Shown piece after piece: positions 45,232 through 53,727 of a stretch of DNA of 64,000 nt; position 1 is the stretch's first letter, and the number at the start of each line of letters is the position of its first letter. The notes under the pieces were generated by a model. It saw only the letters and a program-made list of their open reading frames with translations, was not told where the DNA came from and ran no database searches. The stretch comes from an uncultured Acidobacteriota bacterium. Lineage in GTDB: Bacteria; Acidobacteriota; Terriglobia; Bryobacterales; Bryobacteraceae. The stretch is taken from NCBI GenBank assembly GCA_902826605.1, contig CADEFM010000010.1:62279-126278 (forward strand), written 5' to 3'. Made by a program: the position numbers and the translations under genes.

Positions 45232-46359
45232 CTAGTTTCCAATGATGCCCTCCCGTTCGAGTACGCGCCGGATCTCCTCGAAGCTGGCTCCAATACTGCC
45301 TTTCGGAAATCGTATTTGACCTAGACCCTGGATATTGGTGAACTCCTCACAGCCTTCTTCGAGGAGGATAATAGCCCTCGTAAAGCCGAGCCGTCCCTGG
45401 AATAGGCCGGCCTCGTGGATAACGTTCATTCGAGCTTGCAGTTTCCCATCTGCTTGCTCATCCTCTGCAGTGAGAATAATGAAGGCGATAGAGGCCGCAT
45501 CCAGCATCTCGGATAAACGCGCTATATTCGTGATTCCTGCAACGGGAACTCGATTGAATTCATCCCAAGGTAAGCGCAAGCGTTCATTGACGAAATCCTT
45601 CAAGTCTTTCCAAACAGAAGATCTTCCGTGGCCGATGAATACATTCGTGCCAATCCTGTCTAAACGGCGTTGACTGTTCTCCATCCGGCCGAGGTACGCG
45701 GCTGCGTTGCGCGCGATCCGATGGAGTTCCTTGCAAGCTCGATGCGAGTCGCGCAGAAAGCTAATGTCGGCGATGATATCCAGGTGGGGCGGTAGGAAAA
45801 GGCCCTGGAGGACTGCCTCCGAATCGCGCGAAACGAGTTGTCCTTTCGGTTTCCATATTTCAACAAAATCGCGCTTCTGTAGGAGTCGAAGTCCACCGAT
45901 ATCTTCCAGAAGCTTGCTTAGATAGTGATCGTTACGCGTGGCGGTCGCCGAGTGCAAAATCGAAACCACCTCATCGAAGTTCGTCTCGAAAACTTGTGCT
46001 CCCTTTTCGCGCATCCGTTCCGACTCCGACAGATCAGGGCGACCGCAAGCGTTATTGATAAAGTGCTTGACTTCCTCGGCGCTATACTGCCTCCAATCTC
46101 CGCGGCTACCCATGTCTCCATATACTTCTTTCAAGCCCCACTCGACACTAAAACTCGAGTTAGCCGGTGGGTGTCGAAAGCCATCGTAGTACACGCGCGC
46201 GTGATAACCCATCCAAGAGCCACTCCATGATTCACCGATTCTACGGGCGCTGTCCTCAAGCGAATTTAAGGTAGCATCGACTCTTGACCATTCACTTGCG
46301 TTGAGGAAATCGTTTAGCCGATCCCTGATTCTCTGTAACTCCGATGAAAGATTACTCAT
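45232..46359 (-). CDS. protein with C-terminal TIR-like nucleotide-binding domain (CAP12/Pycsar-effector type) and unknown N-terminal domain
   Basis: The C-terminal roughly 130 aa are NVFIGHGRSSVWKDLKDFV...IAFIILTAEDEQADGKLQARMNVIHEAGLFQGRLGFTRAIILLEEGCEEFTNIQGLGQIRF. This matches the pattern of the predicted nucleotide-binding TIR-like family (VFIvHG...AivLlTpDD...RaRqNVifElGyf.G.LG..rv..L). ATG at 46359; a TTG at 46431 is an alternative start. Confidence 0.7.
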   Translation of the reverse strand: MSNLSSELQRIRDRLNDFLNASEWSRVDATLNSLEDSARRIGESWSGSWMGYHARVYYDGFRHPPANSSFSVEWGLKEVYGDMGSRGDWRQYSAEEVKHFINNACGRPDLSESERMREKGAQVFETNFDEVVSILHSATATRNDHYLSKLLEDIGGLRLLQKRDFVEIWKPKGQLVSRDSEAVLQGLFLPPHLDIIADISFLRDSHRACKELHRIARNAAAYLGRMENSQRRLDRIGTNVFIGHGRSSVWKDLKDFVNERLRLPWDEFNRVPVAGITNIARLSEMLDAASIAFIILTAEDEQADGKLQARMNVIHEAGLFQGRLGFTRAIILLEEGCEEFTNIQGLGQIRFPKGSIGASFEEIRRVLEREGIIGN

Positions 46360-46480
46360 GTTCTCGCGCACTATTGCCAGAAACGGCTTCGAATATCTTG
46401 TAATCGCCTCAGCAGGTAGAACCGAAGGCAAGGGCCTCGGGTCATTATAAAGAAAAGAAATAGGCGCTCAGCGTGCGCCA

Positions 46481-46825
46481 CTACCATCCTACCTTCCGTT
46501 TCTCCCGATCACTGAGTGTTTCGTGCAACAGAGACTTGATATAAGTCTGGTACGGCAGTCCCTTGCGCTCCGCCTGCTTTCGCGCCAAAGCCAAATCTGC
46601 TTCTGGAATCCGCAAGGAGACCACGGGCGCTGGCGTCCTTCGGGACGCCGCGAGCCGCGCCTGCAGTTTTTCTTTCGTCAACACCTGAGCTTGGCCGCTC
46701 TTCACAGCCGCGAGAAACTGTTTGCCGTGTCTTTCACGATTCCGATACCACCACTCCGCCTCTTCCGCCTCGGTGGCGAATTTCGGCACTACAATTGTGG
46801 ATTGTCTTTCGATCTGCTTCTTCAT
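46481..46825 (-). CDS. brnA: BrnA-family antitoxin
   Basis: The C-terminal RHH-like SLRIPEADLALARKQAERKGLPYQTYIKSLLHE is present. It overlaps the upstream BrnT gene by 4 nt. Confidence 0.75.
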   Translation of the reverse strand: MKKQIERQSTIVVPKFATEAEEAEWWYRNRERHGKQFLAAVKSGQAQVLTKEKLQARLAASRRTPAPVVSLRIPEADLALARKQAERKGLPYQTYIKSLLHETLSDREKRKVGW

Positions 46826-47121
46826 CTTAATTTCTCCAGGAAGAGTTTCCGGTCGGCAACGCCTGCGGGAAAAGCTGTTATGGCCCGGATTTTGCCATCA
46901 CGGGCCGCCCATGCCACCGTCAAGAGGCGGCCTCTATTCGTCAGGCCCACCGAGCGGTACCGCTCTTCGTGGTCGACGATCTCGCATGCCAGATCCATGG
47001 GTTCGTTGTTCATCACCTCTTCGAATTCGGGGGACGATACCCTGTGGACGGCCAAGTGTTTTCTGTTCTCGTCATCCCAATCGAAATCGAGGCGGCCAGT
47101 CACAATGATAGTGTAGCGCAA
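46822..47121 (-). CDS. brnT: BrnT-family (DUF497) toxin
   Basis: FDWDDENRKHLAVHRVSSPEFEEV...EERYRSVGLTNRGRLLTVAWAARDGKIRAITAFPA fits the DUF497 pattern. Confidence 0.75.
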   Translation of the reverse strand: MRYTIIVTGRLDFDWDDENRKHLAVHRVSSPEFEEVMNNEPMDLACEIVDHEERYRSVGLTNRGRLLTVAWAARDGKIRAITAFPAGVADRKLFLEKLR

Positions 47122-47165
47122 CGTATATACGCGGCGGGTTACAGCCCTTGTGAAACAATATAGGC

Positions 47166-47375
47166 ATGAAACGCCAGTTCTCCGTCACGGTTTGGAAAGA
47201 AGAAAACTGGCACGTCTCTCAATGCCTGGATCTGGATGTTGCCAGCCAAGGTGAGACGGAAGATGAGGCTCTGGCCAATCTGAAAGAAGCACTGGAATTG
47301 CACTTCCAAACTCCACGTGCGACCCTCCCGCCCAAGGTTCGGACGATTGAGGTTGAGGTTGGCGCACTCGGATAG
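47166..47375 (+). CDS. HicB-like (UPF0150) antitoxin domain protein, no partner toxin seen
   Basis: FSVTVWKEENWHVSQCLDLDVASQGETEDEALANLKEALELHF is typical of the small HicB N-domain fold. I could find no HicA-like ORF on either side. Confidence 0.6.
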   Translation: MKRQFSVTVWKEENWHVSQCLDLDVASQGETEDEALANLKEALELHFQTPRATLPPKVRTIEVEVGALG

Positions 47376-47400
47376 ACAAATTTGCCGCGACGGCCTCCCC

Positions 47401-47408
47401 ATCTGCTA
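47401..47408. repeat. right copy of 8-bp direct repeat ATCTGCTA
   Basis: It is identical to 45202-45209 and overlaps the extended -10 element of the his leader promoter. Confidence 0.3.
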
Positions 47409-47412
47409 TACT
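47404..47412 (+). promoter_or_regulatory. extended -10 promoter element TGCTATACT for the his leader / his operon
   Basis: TGn-TATACT ends 8 nt before the A of the leader ATG. A weak TTGCCG lies at 47382-47387. Confidence 0.45.
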
Positions 47413-47420
47413 CCAATTTC

Positions 47421-47495
47421 ATGCTTTCCGCCCGCCATCATCACGGACGCCATCATCACCACGGGCATACCATGCCGCGGCGGGCTCACGACTAA
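47421..47495 (+). CDS. hisL: histidine operon leader peptide (24 aa, 9 His)
   Basis: atg ctt tcc gcc cgc cat cat cac gga cgc cat cat cac cac ggg cat acc atg ccg cgg cgg gct cac gac taa translates to MLSARHHHGRHHHHGHTMPRRAHD. It lies directly upstream of the terminator and hisI. Confidence 0.8.
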   Translation: MLSARHHHGRHHHHGHTMPRRAHD

Positions 47496-47532
47496 CCAGA
47501 CATCGATTTCAAACGATTTCGAGAGCCCGCCG
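47478..47532 (+). promoter_or_regulatory. antiterminator helix of the his attenuator
   Basis: CGGCGGGCTC (47478-47487, inside the end of the leader ORF) is perfectly complementary to GAGCCCGCCG (47523-47532). The latter overlaps the 5' arm of the terminator. Confidence 0.65.
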
Positions 47533-47556
47533 GTTGATTCCGGCGGGTTTTCTTTT
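47526..47556 (+). terminator. intrinsic terminator (attenuator) upstream of hisI
   Basis: CCCGCCGG, loop TTGATT, CCGGCGGG, followed by TTTTCTTTT. It ends 28 nt before the hisI ATG. Confidence 0.8.
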
Positions 47557-47583
47557 GGGGCAACAACTTTCTTAGGACATGAC

Positions 47584-47961
47584 ATGACGCAACTCGATTT
47601 CAGCAAGCTCGACGGCCTCCTTCCGGCGGTCATTCAAGATCACCAGACCGGGCGCGTGCTAATGGTCGGCTTCATGAACGATGAGGCCTTCCGCATCACG
47701 GTGACGACCGGGTTCGCTACCTTCTACAGCCGCTCGCGCAACAAGCTGTGGCTCAAGGGGGAAAGCTCCGGCCATAGACTGGTGGTGAAGGAGATCTCCA
47801 CGGATTGCGATCTGGACACGGTGCTGATCAAGGTGGAAGCGCAGGGTCCGGGCGTGTGCCATGAAGGCTACCAGAGCTGCTTCTTCCGCAAGCTGGAGGG
47901 CGGGGAATGGCAGGTGAGCGAGGCGAAGACTTACGATCCCGGCACGGTGTACGGAAACTAA
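47584..47961 (+). CDS. hisI: phosphoribosyl-AMP cyclohydrolase (monofunctional)
   Basis: [24 protein letters not shown]...[16 protein letters not shown]...[11 protein letters not shown]...[14 protein letters not shown]. Confidence 0.9.
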   Translation: MTQLDFSKLDGLLPAVIQDHQTGRVLMVGFMNDEAFRITVTTGFATFYSRSRNKLWLKGESSGHRLVVKEISTDCDLDTVLIKVEAQGPGVCHEGYQSCFFRKLEGGEWQVSEAKTYDPGTVYGN

Positions 47962-47962
47962 C

Positions 47963-48832
47963 ATGAAATTGAAACTCGGCATTCCCAAAGGCAGCCTGGA
48001 AACCGCGACCGTCGATCTCTTCCGGCGCGCGGGGTTTCAGATTACCGTGAGCAGCCGCTCGTACTTCCCGGCGATTGACGATCCGGAAATTGAATGCATG
48101 CTGATTCGCGCGCAGGAAATGGCGCGCTACGTGGAAGATGGCATCCTGGACGCTGGACTCACCGGCCGCGATTGGGTGGAAGAGAACAACGCCAAGGTGG
48201 AAACCGTGGCCGATCTCATCTACGCGAAGCAAAGTTTCGGCAAAGTGCGCTGGGTGCTGGCGGTGCCGGAGTCGTCGTCGGTTCGATCGGTGAAGGATTT
48301 GAACGGCAAGATCATCGCGACCGAGCTGGTCAAAGCCACTGAGCGTTATCTGGCGCGCAACGGGGTCACTGCGAAAGTGGAATTTAGCTGGGGAGCGACG
48401 GAAGTGAAGCCGCCGACGCTCGCCGACGCTATCGTGGAAGTGACGGAGACTGGTTCGTCACTGCGCGCCAATAACCTGCGCATCGTTGAAACCGTGCTGG
48501 AATCGAACACGCAGTTGATCGCGAACGTAGATTCCTGGAAAGATGCGGAAAAACGCCGCAAGCTGGAAGACATGAAGATGCTCTTGCAGGGAGCGATTAA
48601 TGCGCTGGGCAAGGTGGGTCTGATGATGAACGTGGAAAAAACGAATCTCGACCGCGTGCTGGGCGTGCTTCCCGCGCTGAAGCGACCTACGATCTCCGCA
48701 TTGAGCGATGACGGGTGGATCGCGGTGAACACGATCCTGGATGAAACCACGGTGCGCACCATTATTCCTCGGCTCAAGGAAGCCGGGGCGCAGGGCATCG
48801 TGGAGTATCCGCTGAACAAGATCATCATGTAG
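47963..48832 (+). CDS. hisG: ATP phosphoribosyltransferase (long form)
   Basis: [13 protein letters not shown]..., 289 aa including the C-terminal regulatory domain. It starts 1 nt after the hisI stop. Confidence 0.9.
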   Translation: MKLKLGIPKGSLETATVDLFRRAGFQITVSSRSYFPAIDDPEIECMLIRAQEMARYVEDGILDAGLTGRDWVEENNAKVETVADLIYAKQSFGKVRWVLAVPESSSVRSVKDLNGKIIATELVKATERYLARNGVTAKVEFSWGATEVKPPTLADAIVEVTETGSSLRANNLRIVETVLESNTQLIANVDSWKDAEKRRKLEDMKMLLQGAINALGKVGLMMNVEKTNLDRVLGVLPALKRPTISALSDDGWIAVNTILDETTVRTIIPRLKEAGAQGIVEYPLNKIIM

Positions 48833-48844
48833 CGGGGTGCATAA

Positions 48845-50068
48845 GTGATCCGGATTCTCACACCCAAAGACGCACAGGCGCTGATTCAACGCAAGGCCGT
48901 CCACTTGCAGGAAGCCGAACGGATCGTAGCGCCTATTCTCGTGGACGTGCGCGATCGCGGTGACGCGGCTCTGCTCCATTACGCCCGCAAGTTCGACCGC
49001 TTCACCGGCGACAGCGTGCGTCTGAAGGTTGCTGGTGCACTAGAGCCTGAGTTCCTTGAGGCAGTGGAAACGGCGGCGAAGAATATTCGCGAGTACGCGC
49101 AAGCGCAGTTGCCAAAGGAATGGTTCATCGACTATCCGGACGGTCGGCGGCTCGGTCAAATCATTCGTCCCTTGGATGCGATGGGCGCGTATGTGCCAGC
49201 GGGGCGTTACCCGCTGCCATCCACGGTGTTGATGACAGTGATTCCGGCGCAGGTAGCGGGCGTGCTCACCACGTGCATCGCGTGCCCGCATCCGAGTGCG
49301 GAGATTCTTGGCATTGCGCACCTGCTTGGCGTCACGCACATGTTTCAGATGGGCGGCGCACAGGCCATCGCTGCGCTCGCGTATGGAACGGAGACAGTGC
49401 CGAAGGTCGATCGAATTGTCGGTCCGGGTAACATCTACGTTGCTGCCGCGAAAAAGTTGATCGCGGGAGAAACCTCCATCGATTTCGTCGCGGGGCCCAC
49501 GGAGATCGTCATCATTGCTGCCGAGGGAAACCCGCGCTGGATCGCGGCGGACCTGCTGGCGCAGGCTGAGCATGATGTGGACGCATCCGCGATTCTATTG
49601 ACCACATCTCGGCGGCTGGCCGAAGGAGTCGCGCGGGAAGTGGAATGGCAAGTGGAAACGCTGCCCACGGCACAAGTGGCACGGCCCGCGATCGATAACA
49701 ACGGAGCTATCGTCGTGGTGGATTCGCTTGACCAGGCGGTAGAACTCTCAAACGCCCTTGCGCCGGAACACCTCGCTCTGCACGATGGAAACCTGCTTGC
49801 GAAAATACGCCATGCAGGCGCGGTCTTCATTGGTCCGCACAGTCCGGAATCGGCTGGAGATTACGCGTCTGGACCGAATCACGTATTGCCTACGTCGGGT
49901 GCGGCGCGGCAAAGGGGTGGGCTCTCGGCTGCGGATTTTGTGAAGGTGATTGCCGTGCAGGAGATGACCCCCGCGGGTCTGCGGCAACTCACGCCGACGA
50001 TTGTCCGTTTAGCGCGCGCGGAAGGATTGGAAGCGCACGCCCGATCCGTGGAGGTTCGCAATGAGTAA
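48845..50068 (+). CDS. hisD: histidinol dehydrogenase
   Basis: GTG start. Motifs seen are GAYVPAGRYPLPSTVLM, IVGPGNIYVAAAK, AGPTEIVIIA, QAEHD and GDYASGPNHVLPT. Confidence 0.9.
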   Translation: MIRILTPKDAQALIQRKAVHLQEAERIVAPILVDVRDRGDAALLHYARKFDRFTGDSVRLKVAGALEPEFLEAVETAAKNIREYAQAQLPKEWFIDYPDGRRLGQIIRPLDAMGAYVPAGRYPLPSTVLMTVIPAQVAGVLTTCIACPHPSAEILGIAHLLGVTHMFQMGGAQAIAALAYGTETVPKVDRIVGPGNIYVAAAKKLIAGETSIDFVAGPTEIVIIAAEGNPRWIAADLLAQAEHDVDASAILLTTSRRLAEGVAREVEWQVETLPTAQVARPAIDNNGAIVVVDSLDQAVELSNALAPEHLALHDGNLLAKIRHAGAVFIGPHSPESAGDYASGPNHVLPTSGAARQRGGLSAADFVKVIAVQEMTPAGLRQLTPTIVRLARAEGLEAHARSVEVRNE

Positions 50069-51122
50069 TCCGCTGCAGCCTCGCCCCGCGGTGAGGAACA
50101 TGGCCCCGTACACTCCGCCGACGGGCAACCGCGCGGGAAAACTGCGTCTGGATTTCAACGAAAATACCATCGGTTGTTCCCCTCGCGTGATCGCAGCGTT
50201 GCAACGCTACCTCAGCGCCGATGCGCTCACGGTGTATCCGGAGTACATGGATGCGATGCGTGAACTGGCTTCGTTTTTCGTGGTCGCCCCGGGTGAGTTG
50301 CTGTTGTCGAACGGGACGGACGAAGCGATCCAGGTTCTGATCAACACCTTCATTGATCACGGTGACGACGTGCTTTTGCTGAAACCTTCCTATGCCATGT
50401 ATCGCTTCTATGCGGAAGTGGCTGGCGCGGATGTGCGCGAAATGGAGTACCGCGAGCACGACTTGGCGTTTCCGCTGGAAGAACTGCTGGCGGCCGTCCG
50501 GCCGGAGACGAAGGCAATTCTGATCGCCAACCCGAATAATCCCACGGGAACCGGAGTCAGTGTGGACGGTGTGCGCCGCATTCTGCAAGCGGCCCCTGAT
50601 GCCGCCGTGCTCATAGATGAGGCCTACTATGAATTCTCCGGTGTAACGGTGCTGCCGCTGCTGCGCGAATACCCAAACCTGTTCGTCAGCCGGACCTTTT
50701 CGAAAGTCTATGGCATGGCCGCGATGCGCTGCGGATGCTTGTTCTCGAATGTGGAAAACGTCCGCTGGATGCACAAGGCGCAGTCGCCTTACAGCGTGAA
50801 CATGCTGGCGGCAGTGGCCGCGCGGGCGGCGGTGCAAGATCGTGAGTATGTGGCAAACTACGTGAAAGAAGTCCTGAGCGCGCGCGACTTTGCATGCGAT
50901 GGATTGCGCAAGCTGGGGATTCCGTTCTATCCGAGCCAGGCAAATTTCGTCCTGTTTCAAGCAGGGGAACGCGCCATCCCCATCCGCGACGCGCTGCGTG
51001 AAAAAGGCGTGCTCGTTCGTGATCGTAGCTATGAGATCCCAGGTTGTGTCCGCGTGACCATCGGAACACGCGGACAAATCGTACGATTCCTGACCGAGTT
51101 GGAGAGCCTGTGGATCAAGTAA
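50061..51122 (+). CDS. hisC: histidinol-phosphate aminotransferase
   Basis: Class-II aminotransferase pattern: LDFNENTIG, NPNNPTG and the PLP lysine region SRTFSKVYGMAAMRCG. It overlaps hisD by 8 nt. Confidence 0.9.
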   Translation: MSNPLQPRPAVRNMAPYTPPTGNRAGKLRLDFNENTIGCSPRVIAALQRYLSADALTVYPEYMDAMRELASFFVVAPGELLLSNGTDEAIQVLINTFIDHGDDVLLLKPSYAMYRFYAEVAGADVREMEYREHDLAFPLEELLAAVRPETKAILIANPNNPTGTGVSVDGVRRILQAAPDAAVLIDEAYYEFSGVTVLPLLREYPNLFVSRTFSKVYGMAAMRCGCLFSNVENVRWMHKAQSPYSVNMLAAVAARAAVQDREYVANYVKEVLSARDFACDGLRKLGIPFYPSQANFVLFQAGERAIPIRDALREKGVLVRDRSYEIPGCVRVTIGTRGQIVRFLTELESLWIK

Positions 51123-51787
51123 TCGTATTTGACATGGACGGCGTGCTTGCCGAAGTGACCGAATCCTACCGCGAGTCGATTGTTCAAACGGTACGCCACT
51201 TCACGGGTAAGACCATCGAGCGAGATCTGATTCAGGATTACAAGAATCGGGGGGGCTGGAACAACGACTGGGCGCTCTCGCAAAAAATTTCTGCCGATTT
51301 GGGCGTGGACGTGGACTACAACACCGTAGTCGACCAATTCAACGTTTTTTTCCTTGGTCCGAAGGGCGACGGCCAGGGACTGATCCTCCGCGAGCAATGG
51401 TTTCCGAAGCCCTGGCTGCTGGAACGCCTGGGGAAGAAGTACGAGCTCTCCATCTTTTCGGGCCGTATCCGATTTGAAGCGGATCTGACGCTGCGCCGCT
51501 TCGCTCCGCAGATTCGTTTTGATCCCACGCTCTACGCCGATGAGATCGACGCGGGCAAGCCAGCACCGGATGGTCTGATTGAAATCCAAAGCCGCCGCCC
51601 CGCGAGCACGCTTTGGTACATCGGCGATACCGTGGATGACGCACGCTGTGCCCGGGCCGCCGGAGTTCCTTTTATCGGTATAGCAGCGCGGACACACACG
51701 AAACGCGGCGAATTGGTCGCGCTGTTTGAACAGGAAAAGGCCGTCGCGATATTTGAAAACGTAAATGAGATCGAGGAGATTCTATGA
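51110..51787 (+). CDS. HAD-IA family hydrolase embedded in the his operon (candidate histidinol-phosphate phosphatase)
   Basis: HAD motif I is [12 protein letters not shown], the lysine motif is GKPAPDG and motif IV is [15 protein letters not shown] at 51110 is the last start that retains the nucleophilic Asp. The stop overlaps the hisB start (ATGA). Confidence 0.7.
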   Translation: MDQVIVFDMDGVLAEVTESYRESIVQTVRHFTGKTIERDLIQDYKNRGGWNNDWALSQKISADLGVDVDYNTVVDQFNVFFLGPKGDGQGLILREQWFPKPWLLERLGKKYELSIFSGRIRFEADLTLRRFAPQIRFDPTLYADEIDAGKPAPDGLIEIQSRRPASTLWYIGDTVDDARCARAAGVPFIGIAARTHTKRGELVALFEQEKAVAIFENVNEIEEIL

Positions 51788-52377
51788 AAGCGCGCCGGGC
51801 CGCCGTGGAACGGATCACCAAAGAGACGCAGATTCAGGGCGCTCTCAACATTGATGGCCGCGGCACGTACGAAATCTCCACCGGAGTGCGTTTTCTCGAT
51901 CACATGCTGGAATTGTTCGCGAAGCATGGCGGCTTCGATCTGAAGATCAAAGCAACCGGCGATCTCGATATCGATCAGCACCACACCGTGGAAGACGTCG
52001 GCATTACACTCGGGCAGTTGTTCGCGAAAGCGCTCGGAGACCGCAAAGGTATCAATCGTGCAGGATACTTTGTCTTGCCCATGGACGAGACGCTTGCCGT
52101 GGCGGCCGTGGATCTGGGCGGCCGCCCCGCATTAGTGTACAAGGATCTGGTCCGGGTACGCTTGGTGGGCGACCTCCAAGTTGAGCTAGTGGAAGACTTC
52201 TTCGGCGGCTTTGTGAATCACGCCGGAGCGAATCTGCACGCCAAGATCTTGTACGGCCGCTCCAGTCACCACAAAATAGAAGCCATCTTCAAGTGTTTCG
52301 CCCGTGCGATGAAATACGCCTGCTCGAAGGACGCGCGATTGAAAGATCAATTGCCATCGACCAAGGGGCTTCTGTGA
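51784..52377 (+). CDS. hisB: imidazoleglycerol-phosphate dehydratase (monofunctional)
   Basis: RITKETQI..., [39 protein letters not shown]. Confidence 0.9.
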   Translation: MKARRAAVERITKETQIQGALNIDGRGTYEISTGVRFLDHMLELFAKHGGFDLKIKATGDLDIDQHHTVEDVGITLGQLFAKALGDRKGINRAGYFVLPMDETLAVAAVDLGGRPALVYKDLVRVRLVGDLQVELVEDFFGGFVNHAGANLHAKILYGRSSHHKIEAIFKCFARAMKYACSKDARLKDQLPSTKGLL

Positions 52378-52967
52378 TCTCCATTTTCGACTACGGTGCA
52401 GGCAATCTCCGCTCAGTGGAAAATACGCTCGGCGCGATCGGCGCCGAGTACCAGCTGATCCGGACTGCGGACGAATTGCGCCTGGCGACCAAGGTAATTC
52501 TCCCTGGCGTTGGGCACTTCGGCCAGATGATGCGCAAGCTCGATGAGATGAACGTGCGCGCGGCGCTGATCGACACCATTCGCGCGGGTGTGCCCTTTCT
52601 TGGAATCTGCCTCGGCCTGCAGGCACTGTTCGCGGCCAGTGAGGAAGCGCCCGAAGAACGCGGCCTGGGAATCTTCGAAGGGCAAGTGAGGCGATTTCAA
52701 GGCGACATGCGCATCCCGCATATGGGATGGAATCAATTGGAGCGCGTCCGCCCATCGCGCCTGTTGCGAGACACGGGTGAAAAGCCGTACCTATATTTCG
52801 CCCACAGTTATTACGCCCCGCTCGTGCCCGCCACGGCGGCTTCCTGTGAGTACGCCGTGCCGTATACCGCTGTGCTGGAGCGCGACAATATCTTGGGCGT
52901 CCAGTTCCACCCTGAAAAGTCTGGCGACTTAGGTTTGAAGATTGTGCGTAATTTCGTCGAGAGCTAA
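52374..52967 (+). CDS. hisH: imidazole glycerol phosphate synthase, glutamine amidotransferase subunit
   Basis: GTG 52374 overlaps the hisB stop. Motifs seen are [32 protein letters not shown] and the catalytic-Cys context FHPEKS. Confidence 0.9.
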   Translation: MISIFDYGAGNLRSVENTLGAIGAEYQLIRTADELRLATKVILPGVGHFGQMMRKLDEMNVRAALIDTIRAGVPFLGICLGLQALFAASEEAPEERGLGIFEGQVRRFQGDMRIPHMGWNQLERVRPSRLLRDTGEKPYLYFAHSYYAPLVPATAASCEYAVPYTAVLERDNILGVQFHPEKSGDLGLKIVRNFVES

Positions 52968-52968
52968 T

Positions 52969-53727
52969 GTGCTAGCTAAACGCATCATCCCCTGTCTGGA
53001 CGTCACCGGCGGCCGCGTCGTGAAGGGCGTAAATTTCGTTAACCTGCGTGACGCAGGTGATCCAGTGGAACTCGCCGCGCGCTATAACCAGCAGGGCGCG
53101 GATGAGCTGGTGTTCCTCGACATCACCGCTTCCAGCGACAACCGCGACACCATGGTGGATGTGGTAGTCCGCACCGCGCGCGAAGTGTTCATCCCGCTTA
53201 CGGTGGGCGGCGGAATCCGCACCGTGGATGACGCGCGCAGGATTCTGCACGCGGGTGCGGACAAAGTTAGCGTAAACACGGCGGCAGTACACAGGCCTGA
53301 ACTCATTAAGGAACTCAGCGAGGAATTTGGCGCACAGGCAGTGGTCTTAGCGATCGACGCACGCCGTCGTCCGTCAGGAGGCTGGAACGTCTTCACGAAA
53401 GGCGGCCGCTACGATGAGGGCATCGACGCCGTGGAATGGGCCGCGCGCGGTGAAGCACTGGGCGCGGGCGAGATTCTGCTGACCTCCATGGATACTGACG
53501 GCGTGCAAACCGGCTTCGACTGCCCGCTCACTCGCGCCGTGCATGATGCCACCCGCATTCCCGTGATCGCCTCCGGCGGCGCTGGAAGACCGGAAGACTT
53601 CGCGGAAGTATTGCGGAACGCGGCCGCCGACGCTGCGTTGGCCGCTTCCATTTTTCACTATGAGACTTACACCGTGGCCGATCTAAAGCAGTTTCTCGCG
53701 AAGCAGGGAATTGAGGTGCGCCCGTGA
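52969..53727 (+). CDS. hisF: imidazole glycerol phosphate synthase, cyclase subunit
   Basis: GTG start giving (M)[11 protein letters not shown]..., followed by [21 protein letters not shown] and IASGGAG. Confidence 0.9.
   Translation: MLAKRIIPCLDVTGGRVVKGVNFVNLRDAGDPVELAARYNQQGADELVFLDITASSDNRDTMVDVVVRTAREVFIPLTVGGGIRTVDDARRILHAGADKVSVNTAAVHRPELIKELSEEFGAQAVVLAIDARRRPSGGWNVFTKGGRYDEGIDAVEWAARGEALGAGEILLTSMDTDGVQTGFDCPLTRAVHDATRIPVIASGGAGRPEDFAEVLRNAAADAALAASIFHYETYTVADLKQFLAKQGIEVRP

Noticed and set aside
47317-47583. N-terminal extension of the ORF containing hisI (47317..47961)
   Set aside because: HisI similarity begins at the ATG at 47584. The extension runs across the hicB end, the leader peptide (a different frame) and the terminator.
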